Source: Candidatus Aminicenantales bacterium (lineage in GTDB: Bacteria > Acidobacteriota > Aminicenantia > Aminicenantales > UBA4085). From it: a DNA stretch of 64,000 bases. Shown in pieces: positions 50,774 through 60,796 of the stretch (the stretch's first letter is position 1; each line of letters opens with the position of its first letter). The notes below the pieces were generated by a model. That model worked only from the letters and a program-made list of their open reading frames with translations, was not told the origin of the DNA and made no database searches. The stretch is taken from assembly GCA_049515535.1 (NCBI GenBank), contig JBEKTZ010000004.1, positions 201,462 to 265,461 on the forward strand, written 5' to 3'. The translations under genes and the position numbers were made by a program.

Positions 50774-52030
50774 ATGAACAAGGCTCCAGGAAAGAAACTC
50801 TATAAGGGACCCGAAATCGTCGCCCTTCTGCTCTTCATTTTGCTCTCGGCTTACGTTTATGTCGGTTTTTATTCACCCGACCCCTATGCCCTGAGACATG
50901 TCAGGACTTTATACGTCGTCCTGATTTTATGGGGTGCGCGGTTTTTGATCCCCCTCTGCGTGATAGGCGTTCTGCTCCTTTATAGAAAAGTGAAAAAAGG
51001 CCTCATTTCCCGGGCCCATATTGGTCTCGTGTTCGGCGGAGTCGTCCTGGGACTGTTCTTGATTTATCCTTTCGTGAATATTTTTTATGAAAAATCTCAT
51101 CGGCGCGCGGAGGGACTGCGCGATTATCATCCCTACTTTCAAGTGAACCCTCCCCTGCCTTCCGCTTCATTCAAGTCCCAGGGTCCGGATCTCTGGACCG
51201 TCATGTGCCTCGGAGGTTCGACGACGCAGTTCAAGGATTCGAAAGGACGCGACTGGCCTTCGCGGGTCGAGGACATCCTTCGCGACCGATATCGCGGTCA
51301 GAGGGTCGAAGTCCTGAATATGGGCATGATGTGGTACACCTCGCTTCATTCCTTGATGAATTACGCCGTCAATTTACGGCCTTTCAAACCCCGGGTGATC
51401 ATCGTCATGCACGCCATCAACGACCTTTTGCAAAATGCCGACTTTTCCTATTTCAGCCATGGTCCGTTCCGTGAGGACTACGGCCATTTCTTCGGGCCGG
51501 TCAACAACCTGTTCAATCGTCCGGGACTGCTCCGATCCGTATGGGATACGATCGGATATTTTTGGTATTACAAGCCGCGCCAGGTTATCGAGCAGACGGA
51601 TTTTCCCGGACTCATTCCCTTCCGGCGCAATATCAACGGGATCATCGACCTGGCCGAAAAAGACGGCGCCACGGTGGTTCTGATGACGCAGCCAACCCTG
51701 CTGAAAGACAATGTCCCGGCCGAAGAAAAGGCTGTCTTGACGATGGTCAATGATGAGGCCATAGGCCCGGAGAAATGCTGGTCCGTCGCGACGGCCTGGC
51801 GCGGAATGCGGGCCTATAACGACGCCGTGCGAGACATCGCCCGCGAGAGGAATGTCTATCTCATAGACCTGGAAAGGCAGATTCCCAAAACCCTGGAATA
51901 TTTTTCCGACGAAGTCCACTATAAGGACAAGACTTTTGATATCATCGGGAGTACTATCGCCGGAGAACTGATCAGGAGGGACGTCCTGGCCGCTACGCCT
52001 ACGGAAAAGCCGTCACGAAAAGCCCCTTAG
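50774..52030 (+). CDS. Membrane-anchored SGNH/GDSL-family hydrolase
   Basis: Three N-terminal TM helices followed by SGNH block I (VMCLGGSTT). Catalytic Asp/His plausible near the C-terminus. Confidence 0.55.
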   Translation: MNKAPGKKLYKGPEIVALLLFILLSAYVYVGFYSPDPYALRHVRTLYVVLILWGARFLIPLCVIGVLLLYRKVKKGLISRAHIGLVFGGVVLGLFLIYPFVNIFYEKSHRRAEGLRDYHPYFQVNPPLPSASFKSQGPDLWTVMCLGGSTTQFKDSKGRDWPSRVEDILRDRYRGQRVEVLNMGMMWYTSLHSLMNYAVNLRPFKPRVIIVMHAINDLLQNADFSYFSHGPFREDYGHFFGPVNNLFNRPGLLRSVWDTIGYFWYYKPRQVIEQTDFPGLIPFRRNINGIIDLAEKDGATVVLMTQPTLLKDNVPAEEKAVLTMVNDEAIGPEKCWSVATAWRGMRAYNDAVRDIARERNVYLIDLERQIPKTLEYFSDEVHYKDKTFDIIGSTIAGELIRRDVLAATPTEKPSRKAP

Positions 52031-52072
52031 CCGGAGCCCCGGCCATACGGCTTCTCTCGCGATCGGCCGTCG

Positions 52073-53470
52073 TCAGAGTTCGATGGTTTCTTTATAGCGG
52101 GGAACCGTAACCGGCCATTTCTTTTCTCTCTCTAAGAATGCGGCCAGTTCCAGGGACACCTCTTCCTCCCCGTGGGTCAAGAAAAGCCGGCGCGGCGGCG
52201 TTTTGAAGGCCCCGAGCCAGCGGAGGAGATCGTCTTTGTCGGCATGACCCGAGATCCCCTCGATTTTTTCAATCCGGGCCTTGACTTGGAACATTTTTCC
52301 ATTGATCCGGACCTCTCGGTCCCCCTCGATGATCTGCCTCCCCAGCGTGTGGCGCGCCTGGTAGCCCACAAAGAGGATCGTGCATTCGGGGCGTTCGATG
52401 TTATGCATCAAATGGTGCTTGATCCGGCCTCCCGTGCACATGCCCGACCCGGCCATGATGATACAAGAGCCTTTGATGGTATTGATGCCTTTGGATTCTT
52501 CGGGGGTCGTGAACAGTTTCAAACCGGGGAATTCAAAGGGATGCTCGTTCGAATGCAGAAGATCCGCGGTCTCCTCATCCATGTATTCCGGATACTGCAT
52601 ATAGACTTTGGTCGCCTCGACGGCCATCGGACTGTCCAGAAAAACCAGCAGGCGGGGAATTTTCTTGGCGCGGACGAGTCGGGCGATATAGAACAAAAGC
52701 CTCTGAGCACGCTCCACGGCGAAAACCGGGATGACGATGTTGCCGCCCCGGGCGACGGTCTCGTTGACACACCGCGCGAGCCGGCTTTCGATCTCTCCGG
52801 GGGCCTCGTGGATCTTGTCGCCATAGGTCGATTCCATGATGATGAAATCAGCGCTTTCGAAAACGGATGGATCGTGAACCAGAGGCTTATGCCATTGACC
52901 GATGTCCCCGGAGAAAATGATTCTCCGCTTCCGGCCTCCCTCGCGGACATCGATATCCAACATGGATGACCCGAGAATATGGCCGGCGTCATGGAACCGG
53001 ACGGTGGCCTGGCCGTTCAATGGGAGAGGCTGAAGATAGGCGACGTTCTCGAAAAGCGGGAACGACGCCCGGGCTTCCTCGCTCGTGTAGAGGGGGATTT
53101 CCGGATTCGGCCCGCTCCGGCCCTCTTTCTCATGACGTTTCTTTTTCAAGTTCACGTCTTCTTCCTGGATATGGGCGGTATCCAGGAGAATGATCTTGGT
53201 CAGGGCCGTCGTCGGGGCCGTCGCTTTGATTTTTTGAGAGTAGCCGAGTTTCACGAGACGGGGGATGAAACCGGAATGGTCCAAATGGGCATGCGTGAGG
53301 AGGAGAACGTCGATTTCTTCCGGCGGGACGGGGAACTTCTCCCAATTTCGATCGAGATAAGGCCGTTCCTGAAAAAGGCCGCAATCCACGAGGATTTTCA
53401 ACCCGGCGGCCTCGAGCAGATATTTGGAGCCCGTGACCTGGCGATCGGCGCCCAGAAATTTCAATCTCAT
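52073..53470 (-). CDS. MBL-fold beta-CASP ribonuclease (RNase J / CPSF-like)
   Basis: HAHLDHSG motif 2, beta-CASP motifs A-C and an RNA-metabolising C-terminal domain. Confidence 0.8.
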   Translation of the reverse strand: MRLKFLGADRQVTGSKYLLEAAGLKILVDCGLFQERPYLDRNWEKFPVPPEEIDVLLLTHAHLDHSGFIPRLVKLGYSQKIKATAPTTALTKIILLDTAHIQEEDVNLKKKRHEKEGRSGPNPEIPLYTSEEARASFPLFENVAYLQPLPLNGQATVRFHDAGHILGSSMLDIDVREGGRKRRIIFSGDIGQWHKPLVHDPSVFESADFIIMESTYGDKIHEAPGEIESRLARCVNETVARGGNIVIPVFAVERAQRLLFYIARLVRAKKIPRLLVFLDSPMAVEATKVYMQYPEYMDEETADLLHSNEHPFEFPGLKLFTTPEESKGINTIKGSCIIMAGSGMCTGGRIKHHLMHNIERPECTILFVGYQARHTLGRQIIEGDREVRINGKMFQVKARIEKIEGISGHADKDDLLRWLGAFKTPPRRLFLTHGEEEVSLELAAFLEREKKWPVTVPRYKETIEL

Positions 53471-53955
53471 GATTTCCCTTGAAGTCGGCAGGTATCCGCC
53501 TGGCCAGCGATATAAGTCTGCCAGCTCTTCCGCCGCGGAAAATACATGAAGAGGAGGATGAGCGAGGCGAGCAGGAGCACATAAAAATCCTGATTGAGGC
53601 CTCTGATGAAAAATAGGGCCAGTCCGATCAGGGCCGGCATTTCGGCAAAGGTCATAGCGAACACCGAAGACCGGTAAAGGGCCTGGACCAAGGCCTCCGG
53701 ATAGCCCCCATGGGCGCCCCTCTTTAAAAGCCGGCCGTTGATGATCCTGTTCAGGATGACCAGGACGACGGCCGCCGCGAAAAAGGAGTACCGAAGCGTC
53801 CGCGGGTCTTTGATTTCGGCGAATCCGGAAAACGGTCTGAAGCGGGCCCTGATGATTTCGACAAGAATCAAATATAGAAAAGGACAGACGGCGAGCGCCA
53901 CCGCGCTGAACTTGGCTGCTGAAAAGGCTTTATCCAATTCTTTCGGATGTTCCAT
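53467..53955 (-). CDS. Hypothetical membrane protein
   Basis: Four predicted TM helices. Overlaps the downstream gene start by 4 nt. Confidence 0.45.
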   Translation of the reverse strand: MEHPKELDKAFSAAKFSAVALAVCPFLYLILVEIIRARFRPFSGFAEIKDPRTLRYSFFAAAVVLVILNRIINGRLLKRGAHGGYPEALVQALYRSSVFAMTFAEMPALIGLALFFIRGLNQDFYVLLLASLILLFMYFPRRKSWQTYIAGQADTCRLQGKS

Positions 53956-54002
53956 GAATAGGTTGTCCCTCCTTCATTTCCTCTCTTCTGTCATGACGGA
54001 TC

Positions 54003-55175
54003 TCACTCGACGTAAAGCAGAAAGCCCTTCAGATAGTCGCCTTCCGGATGATAGAGGTTCACGGGATGATCATAAGCCTGGTGATGCCTCTGTAAGATCC
54101 TCACGTCCCGCGATGCCTCCCGCGCGGCCTGAAAAAGGACTTGTTGGAAAAGCGTCTCGGTTACGAAGAACGAGCAGGAGAACGTCAGGACCAGGCTTCG
54201 CGGGGGGGCTTTCTGAAAGATGAGGCGGTGGATGTCTTTGTAGCCCCGGCAGGCCCCCGTCACATCGCTTCTCTTTTTGGCAAATGCGGGAGGATCGAGA
54301 ATGATGAAGTCGTAATCCAGAGTCCGTTCCCTTATGAAATCGAATACGTCCGCGACATAAAAACGGGACTTTTCGGAGTCATAGCCGTTGATCCGGCAAT
54401 TCTCACGGGCCAGATCGAGCGCCCGGTCGGAAGAATCGACGCTGTCGGCCGAAACGGCTCCGCCCGCGAGAGCGAAGACCGAAAAACCGCCCGTGTAAGA
54501 AAATGCGTTGAGGACCCTCCGTCCCCCGGCGAGAGAGCGGACGAGAAGGCGCATCTCGCGCTGGTCGAGATAAAACCCCGTTTTTTGCGATGGGACGATA
54601 TCGACGAGGAATCGCAGACCGTTTTCAAGGATCTCGAAAGGTCCGACGGGCTCTCCGCGCAAATATCCTTCGAACATTCCGAGTCCCTCTTCACGGCGCG
54701 AAGGGAGGTTGGATTTTTCATAAATCACGCGCGGGGCCAAGCGGCGGGTGACGAGATCCAGGACGAACGGTTTGAGCCTTTCCATACCGAGTGTCGAGAT
54801 CTGAAGAACGAGAACATCGTGATAAAGGTCGGCGATGAGTCCGGGAAGCCCATCCCCTTCCCCATTGACGAGCCGATAAGCGTTCGTCGAAGCGCCAGCG
54901 AAAGTTCGTCTAAGGGCGATGGCCCGTTCGAGATTGTCTGCGATGGCGTCGAGCGGCGGCTTCTCATCGAAGTTCACCATCCGCCCGATGATCGAGCATT
55001 CCCGGTTGAAATAGGCGTGTCCCAGAAATTCCCCCTCCGCGGCGCGCACCGGCAAGATACTCCCATTTTCGAAAAAGGAGGGCAGGGACTTGACCGCCCC
55101 GGAAAAGATCCAATGATGGCGGTTTTTGACGGCCTTCTCCTTGCCTTTATGAAGGAAGACGGCGGGCTGTTCCAT
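54003..55175 (-). CDS. rlmI: Class I SAM-dependent RNA methyltransferase, RlmI/RlmK-like (PUA plus MTase)
   Basis: N-terminal PUA-like region (KAVKNRHHWIFSGAV). SAM motif I VLNAFSYTGGFSV and motif IV DFIILDPPAF. Start trimmed from a long upstream extension to MEQPAVF. Confidence 0.75.
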   Translation of the reverse strand: MEQPAVFLHKGKEKAVKNRHHWIFSGAVKSLPSFFENGSILPVRAAEGEFLGHAYFNRECSIIGRMVNFDEKPPLDAIADNLERAIALRRTFAGASTNAYRLVNGEGDGLPGLIADLYHDVLVLQISTLGMERLKPFVLDLVTRRLAPRVIYEKSNLPSRREEGLGMFEGYLRGEPVGPFEILENGLRFLVDIVPSQKTGFYLDQREMRLLVRSLAGGRRVLNAFSYTGGFSVFALAGGAVSADSVDSSDRALDLARENCRINGYDSEKSRFYVADVFDFIRERTLDYDFIILDPPAFAKKRSDVTGACRGYKDIHRLIFQKAPPRSLVLTFSCSFFVTETLFQQVLFQAAREASRDVRILQRHHQAYDHPVNLYHPEGDYLKGFLLYVE

Positions 55176-55180
55176 CTGTT

Positions 55181-55570
55181 TTACGCGGATTTCGATCCGA
55201 CCAGGATTTTCACGAGAGGACGGTCGGGCTCGGCAAAGACATAGTCCGGGAGATCGGCAGGACAGACCCACCGGACCTCGTCGTGGTCGTTGAGAACGAG
55301 TTCTCCTGACAGGATCGTGACCTGATAAGCCAGGAGCTCGATGTCCATGAATTCCGAATCGTAATGAAACGAGCCTAAACACGCGCCGATCGCGGATTCG
55401 ATACCGAGCTCTTCCATGAGTTCCCTTCGTAGACATTCCTCCGGGCTTTCGCCGGGCTCGATCTTGCCTCCGGGAAACTCCCAGACGTTTCCAAAGAGGT
55501 CCGATTTCCTCCGGCGAGCGATCAAAACGGCTCCATCCCTTTCGATCACGGCCGCCGTCACTTTTGGCAT
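55181..55570 (-). CDS. NUDIX hydrolase (MutT-like)
   Basis: Nudix box GGKIEPGESPEECLRRELMEELGI. Confidence 0.8.
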   Translation of the reverse strand: MPKVTAAVIERDGAVLIARRRKSDLFGNVWEFPGGKIEPGESPEECLRRELMEELGIESAIGACLGSFHYDSEFMDIELLAYQVTILSGELVLNDHDEVRWVCPADLPDYVFAEPDRPLVKILVGSKSA

Positions 55571-55638
55571 GGCTTTCAAATCATAAGTTTTCCCTGAGTT
55601 TTTGGCAAGGTTCGGCTTTTGTGTTAAAATATTTTCCC

Positions 55639-57081
55639 ATGAAAATAGCCCTTATCGCCTCCGAAGTCGCTCCTTATGCCAAAACGGGCGGTTTGGCCGA
55701 TGTGGCCGGAGCCCTGCCCCGATATCTCGTCAAGTTGGGCATGGAGGTTAAAGTCTTCATGCCGTTATATCGGGAAGTTCGTCAAAAGGGATTTCCCTTA
55801 ATGAAAATCGTCGACCGGATGACGCTCGATTGGTCCGGCCAAGATGAACCCTTCACCGTCTGGGAATCCGCGGAAGGAGCCGCTTCGACCTATTTTATCG
55901 ACAAGCCCGCATTCTTCGACCGCGAATGTCTTTACGGAACGCCGGCCGGCGATTATCCGGATAACGGCCGGCGGTTCGCTTTTTTCGCGAAAGCATCTCT
56001 GGCCGCCCTCAAAACGCTGAATTATGCGCCGGACATCGTTCATGTCCACGATTGGCAGGCTGCCATCGCTCTGGCTTGCCTGAGATTCATCTATGGCCAG
56101 GACGCTTTTTTCAAGAATACCAAATCGCTTTGCACGATCCACAACCTTGCTTATCAGGGGCTTTTCGATAAAAGCTTACTGAATGAGATTGGCCTGCCTG
56201 AGCATCTGTTCACTATGGACGCTTTGGAGTTTTACGACAAGGTCAGTTATCTTAAAGCCGGGATTCTTTATGCCTCGGCCCTAAGCACCGTCAGCTATCG
56301 CTATAGCCAAGAGATTCAGACTCCGGAATTCGGCTGCGGTCTTGAAGGACTGCTCAAAAAGCGCAGCGATGTCTTGACCGGGATCCTTAACGGCGTCGAT
56401 TATGCCGCCTGGGATCCGGGCGTCGATTCCTGCCTTGCCGCCAACTACACGCCCGCCGACCTCAAAGGCAAAGCGGAGTGCAAGAATGATCTTCTTGATG
56501 CTTTCAACTTGCCGGTCTCCAAGAAAGTCATTCCGGTCATCGGTATGGTCTCCCGCCTGGCCGGCCAGAAAGGACTCGATATTCTGATGGACGCCCTGGC
56601 TAAGCTTTTCCCCTTGGGAATCAAGCTCATCATCCTGGGGACGGGCGAAGAGAAAATCCAGGAAGCGCTCTCCTTTCTGAGAAATCGTTATCCATCGTTT
56701 TTCGGCCTTGAAATCGCCTTTGACGACCGATTGGCCCGCAAGATCTATGCCGGAAGCGATATGTTGCTCATTCCCTCCCGCTACGAGCCATGCGGACTGA
56801 CGCAGATGTATGGTTTGAAATACGGTTCGATCCCCATTGTTCGCGCCACGGGCGGTCTCGATGACTGTATACAGGACTTCAACCCTGAAGAGGGACGGGG
56901 AAACGGGTTTAAATTCGAGGCCTATTCGCCGTTAGATCTTCTCGGGGCCGTCCGGAGAGCCATCCACATTTATGAAAAAAAAGCGTTATGGGACATCCTT
57001 CTCCATAACGCCATGGCTTGTGATTTTTCCTGGGAGCGCTCGGCGCAGGAATATATCCTGCTTTATCAAAACATCGTCTGA
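55639..57081 (+). CDS. glgA: Glycogen synthase (ADP-glucose type, GT5)
   Basis: MKIALIASEVAPYAKTGGLADVAGALP contains the conserved KTGGL motif. GT-B C-terminal domain. Start trimmed to MKIALIA. Confidence 0.9.
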   Translation: MKIALIASEVAPYAKTGGLADVAGALPRYLVKLGMEVKVFMPLYREVRQKGFPLMKIVDRMTLDWSGQDEPFTVWESAEGAASTYFIDKPAFFDRECLYGTPAGDYPDNGRRFAFFAKASLAALKTLNYAPDIVHVHDWQAAIALACLRFIYGQDAFFKNTKSLCTIHNLAYQGLFDKSLLNEIGLPEHLFTMDALEFYDKVSYLKAGILYASALSTVSYRYSQEIQTPEFGCGLEGLLKKRSDVLTGILNGVDYAAWDPGVDSCLAANYTPADLKGKAECKNDLLDAFNLPVSKKVIPVIGMVSRLAGQKGLDILMDALAKLFPLGIKLIILGTGEEKIQEALSFLRNRYPSFFGLEIAFDDRLARKIYAGSDMLLIPSRYEPCGLTQMYGLKYGSIPIVRATGGLDDCIQDFNPEEGRGNGFKFEAYSPLDLLGAVRRAIHIYEKKALWDILLHNAMACDFSWERSAQEYILLYQNIV

Positions 57082-57096
57082 GAGAGACCTGAATCT

Positions 57097-57993
57097 TTAG
57101 GACCCGAACCCGATTTTGACGCCGATCGAGACAGCGAAGCCGGAAAGTCCGAGTTTGGCCGAGCGGGCGTTCGAAAACGTCGTGCCGGACGGCATCTCCT
57201 CCTGAAAGGCGAGCTGGCCGTAAGTCTTTTGGTTGACGTTCCAATCGTAATACCAGGCGGTCGAGTTGGTTCCGTTATCGTTGAAATTCCAGAAGTCCCC
57301 GCTCCCCTGCTCCGTCCAGTCGCCCTTGAATCCGCTGACCGAGGCGAGACGCCCTACGACGCTGAAAACCGCCGCGATCCCGGGCGATAAGGCATATTCG
57401 ATTCCGACCCCGATTTGGACGCCGAATCCCAAATGGCGCTCGGACTTGAAAATGAACTGATCGGTGCCGCTGAAGACCTGTGTGGTATCGTTGGGGAGTC
57501 TCATGCTGAGGTTCACGGCATCATTCCAATCGAGATTGGCGATGTAGAGGCTGGGTCCGGCCGAAAAATCCAAAGTGAACTTCGACGAGATAGGCCGGAA
57601 ATAATGAAAATTGATCGAGATCGGCATGACCGTGAAGCCGGGCGAGAGCCGCTCTTTGATCGAGATGGAATTGCTCTCGGTGCTGCTCTCGTAATCGACC
57701 TCGCTGTCTTTGGATATCCTGGAATAGCCGAATCCGAGCCCGATGCCGATGTCGGACCGAAGATAATACAGGATTTCAGCCTGAAAATTCAGGCCGGCAT
57801 GAGGAGAGAGAAATTCGCCGGTCAGCCCCGAATATGCGGCGGTGAGATAATCCGTCTGTCCCTTTAAACCGGCGGCGAAATCGCCCGCGGAGATCGAGTT
57901 CCAGCCGCTTCCCAGCTTCAGGGCGAACTTTTGGGAGAATCCAAACGAAGCGATGAAGAACAAGGACAAGGCCAGGGCGAACGATCTCTTCAT
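57097..57993 (-). CDS. Putative outer-membrane beta-barrel protein
   Basis: Signal peptide, alternating amphipathic beta-strand pattern and Gly/aromatic-rich segments. Confidence 0.5.
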   Translation of the reverse strand: MKRSFALALSLFFIASFGFSQKFALKLGSGWNSISAGDFAAGLKGQTDYLTAAYSGLTGEFLSPHAGLNFQAEILYYLRSDIGIGLGFGYSRISKDSEVDYESSTESNSISIKERLSPGFTVMPISINFHYFRPISSKFTLDFSAGPSLYIANLDWNDAVNLSMRLPNDTTQVFSGTDQFIFKSERHLGFGVQIGVGIEYALSPGIAAVFSVVGRLASVSGFKGDWTEQGSGDFWNFNDNGTNSTAWYYDWNVNQKTYGQLAFQEEMPSGTTFSNARSAKLGLSGFAVSIGVKIGFGS

Positions 57994-58071
57994 GGCACGC
58001 TCCTATCCGGCAGGATGTTAGCGGGAATGGCCCGAAAAATCAATTCCCTTGACGATTTCTTGCTTTTCGGC

Positions 58072-59094
58072 TCATTCCCGAAGGAACTTGGCCGCCCCTT
58101 CGGGCGGAACGGGGTTGATGTAGAAACCCGTTCCCCATTCGAATCCGGCGACATGCGTCAGCACGGGAATGATCTCGATATACCAATGGAAGATTCCCTC
58201 GATCTGAGGCCAGACCTTCCGGGCGAGACCGGGATGGGGCGCCTGGTGGAGGACGATATTGTAGGGCGGGTCCAGAAGGATGGCTTTCAACTTGGCCAGC
58301 ACGGACTTCAAGCCTTCGGCGAGAGACGGGAGCTCTTCATCCCGCGTCGAGGAAAACGAAGGCGCGTGGCGGAGAGGATGAATGCGCATCTCGAAAGGAA
58401 AGCGGGAGGCGAAAGGAGCGAGAACGGCGAAATGGGCATTGACCAGGACCACGCGTTCATCCCTCGCGAGCTCGTCTTGGATCGTCCGGCAAAAAACACA
58501 TTCCTGGAAGCGCTTGAAAAAGCGATCCGAAGCGTAAATCTCCTCTTTAACTCCTTTGGGGATGATCGGCGTGGCGACGATCTGGGAATGCGGATGAGTC
58601 AACGACGCGCCCGCTTCCTTCCCCTTGTTTTTGAAAAGCTGGATGTACTGATATTGGGCCTCGGTTTCGATACTCCGGATCCGCTGTCGGTACGTCCAGA
58701 GGATATCGCGCACATGCTCCAGGGGAAGATCGCTCAATTCTCTGTCGTGGTCGGGAGATTCGATGATGACCTCGTGGACGCCGACGCCGGGCATGGATTC
58801 GAAGATCCCGTTGATTTTTTTCTGGGGGGGGGCTCCTCGCGTCAAGGCGGGAAACTTATTGGGGACGACTCTCACGCGCCAATTCGGCCTGTCGGCTGCC
58901 GTCGCTCCCTCCCTGACAGCGAAGACTTCCGCGGGTGTTTTGGTTTCATTGCCGAGGCAGAAAGGGCAGAACCCCGAGCCCGATTCCTTTTTCTCTGTTT
59001 GCGGCGGCCGGAAATCGTCGGGCCTCTTGCTCCGCTCGGAGGCGATGATGACCCAGCGGCCGCTGATCAGGTCTTTTCGCAATTGCGAAGTCAT
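58072..59094 (-). CDS. galT: HIT-family GalT-like nucleotidyltransferase (galactose-1-phosphate uridylyltransferase / ADP-glucose phosphorylase-like)
   Basis: Zinc site CPFC. HxHxQ active-site motif (THPHSQIV). Two-domain GalT layout. Confidence 0.75.
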   Translation of the reverse strand: MTSQLRKDLISGRWVIIASERSKRPDDFRPPQTEKKESGSGFCPFCLGNETKTPAEVFAVREGATAADRPNWRVRVVPNKFPALTRGAPPQKKINGIFESMPGVGVHEVIIESPDHDRELSDLPLEHVRDILWTYRQRIRSIETEAQYQYIQLFKNKGKEAGASLTHPHSQIVATPIIPKGVKEEIYASDRFFKRFQECVFCRTIQDELARDERVVLVNAHFAVLAPFASRFPFEMRIHPLRHAPSFSSTRDEELPSLAEGLKSVLAKLKAILLDPPYNIVLHQAPHPGLARKVWPQIEGIFHWYIEIIPVLTHVAGFEWGTGFYINPVPPEGAAKFLRE

Positions 59095-59444
59095 CGGTCG
59101 ATGATTTCCCGAATCTTCGACTTGAGTTCTTGGAGCGACGAAGATTTGACGATATAGGCATCGGCCGCCCAGGTCATGAAATCTTCTTTATAGCTTTGAT
59201 ACGCAGTGTTGATGATGATCGGAATATCCTTGCGCAAGCCCATGATCTGGGTGATGAACTCCACGCCGTCACGACCCGGCATCCGGATATCCGTGATGAT
59301 CAAATCGAATCGCTCGCGATTTAGGGCCTCGAGTCCTTGTTCCGCGTTCTGGGCGGTCGTCACCGCATAGCCCTCCCGACTCAATTCCTCCTTGTAGAGG
59401 AGGCATAAGTCATCTTCGTCCTCGACGATCAGAAGTTTTTTCAT
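59091..59444 (-). CDS. Single-domain response regulator (CheY-like receiver)
   Basis: DD pair (IVEDEDD), phospho-acceptor Asp in LIITDIRMPG, and T/K motifs. Confidence 0.85.
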   Translation of the reverse strand: MKKLLIVEDEDDLCLLYKEELSREGYAVTTAQNAEQGLEALNRERFDLIITDIRMPGRDGVEFITQIMGLRKDIPIIINTAYQSYKEDFMTWAADAYIVKSSSLQELKSKIREIIDR

Positions 59445-60796
59445 GCGTCCGTTCTCCCTTCCTCAGCGCTCTTAAAGTGGAGTTGGAACGTGGTGCCCCG
59501 TCCGGCTTCGCTGTCCACTTCGATTCTCCCTCCGCAGGATTCCATGACCCGTTTGACGTAGAGAAGTCCCAATCCCAAGCCTTTGTCTTTCGTCGAGAAA
59601 AAAGACGAAAAAAGCTTTTCCCTGACGGCGGGAAGCATGCCCTTCCCGTTATCGTGCACGCTGACCACGACCCAGTTTTGGTCTTCACGGCGGCCCTGAA
59701 TCGAAACGCAGCCGCCCCTTGACGAGGCTTCCAAGGCATTGACGATAAGGTTGCGGAAAGCCTCGCCCACATAGGTTGCATCGCCAAGAATCCGCGGCAA
59801 GTTCTCCTCGAAGTTGACGCGGATCTCGATCTCTTCGCTTTTCATTTTGAGGGCTGAACCTTGAATGGCGCCCTGGAGAACGGACGGCAAATCGAAGGGG
59901 ACCATTTTTCTGAGATCGACCTTAAGAAAACGGGCAAGCCTGTCGACGACATCCTCGAGCCTCCGGATTTCTTTCCTGATGATCTCGAGATTGCGTCGTT
60001 TTTTGGCCTCGTCGCTCGGGGAATTGAGGAGTTGGTCAGTGAACCCCCCGATCGCTGTCAGGGGGTTGCGGAGCTGATGGGTGATGAACATCGCCATCTC
60101 TCCCAAAGCCGCCAAGCGTTCCATCTCGATCATCCTGTTATGGAGAAGAGTGGCGTACATATAGTTCCCGGCCATCAGGCCGCACAAGCTGGCCAGCTTG
60201 ACGTCCTTGGGTTCGATAGGCCGCAGAGTATACGCGTTATCGAGGATAATGAGACCCATGACCTCTTCTCCCCGGACGAAGAGCGGCACGCAGAGGAACT
60301 CCTCGACGTCGATCACTTCGAGGAACTTCGGATCGATCTGTGGTTCCTGCCGGGCGTTTCGGACGAGGAGCATTTCTTTGCGAGCTGCGGAAGTCGCGGG
60401 AATGGTCAGGTTGTCCTGGGCCAGCGAATAGACGAGCGGCTTGACGATCTGGCTGAGCGAGTCGGCCTGCCGAGTCAGCAGCCAGCGGTTATGCTCGATG
60501 ATCTCGATATAGCCGATGCCGGGCGTCGACAGGACGTCCCATATGCTTTTCGCTTCCTCGGCCGACCGCGGACCCAGCCAGGCCTCGCCTTTGAGTTTGT
60601 CGTCGGCCGTCCGGAAGAGCATGGCCCGGTTGAATCCGACGCCCGATCCAGACGTCAGCGCCGTCAGGATAACGAGAAGATTGTCTTCGATGGAAAAGGG
60701 TTGAAAGAAGCTCTGGGAGATGATGGAGAGAAGCGCCAACTCCTTGGGTTCCTTGCTATGGAAGTCCGGCGCAAGGAACTGGAAGCGTTCGATCAA
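59441..60796 (-). CDS. Cytoplasmic sensor histidine kinase with N-terminal GAF domain
   Basis: H-box FITHQLRNPLTAI. N, G1 (DNGKGM) and G2 (GLGLGL) boxes. No TM segments. Confidence 0.85.
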   Translation of the reverse strand: MIERFQFLAPDFHSKEPKELALLSIISQSFFQPFSIEDNLLVILTALTSGSGVGFNRAMLFRTADDKLKGEAWLGPRSAEEAKSIWDVLSTPGIGYIEIIEHNRWLLTRQADSLSQIVKPLVYSLAQDNLTIPATSAARKEMLLVRNARQEPQIDPKFLEVIDVEEFLCVPLFVRGEEVMGLIILDNAYTLRPIEPKDVKLASLCGLMAGNYMYATLLHNRMIEMERLAALGEMAMFITHQLRNPLTAIGGFTDQLLNSPSDEAKKRRNLEIIRKEIRRLEDVVDRLARFLKVDLRKMVPFDLPSVLQGAIQGSALKMKSEEIEIRVNFEENLPRILGDATYVGEAFRNLIVNALEASSRGGCVSIQGRREDQNWVVVSVHDNGKGMLPAVREKLFSSFFSTKDKGLGLGLLYVKRVMESCGGRIEVDSEAGRGTTFQLHFKSAEEGRTDA

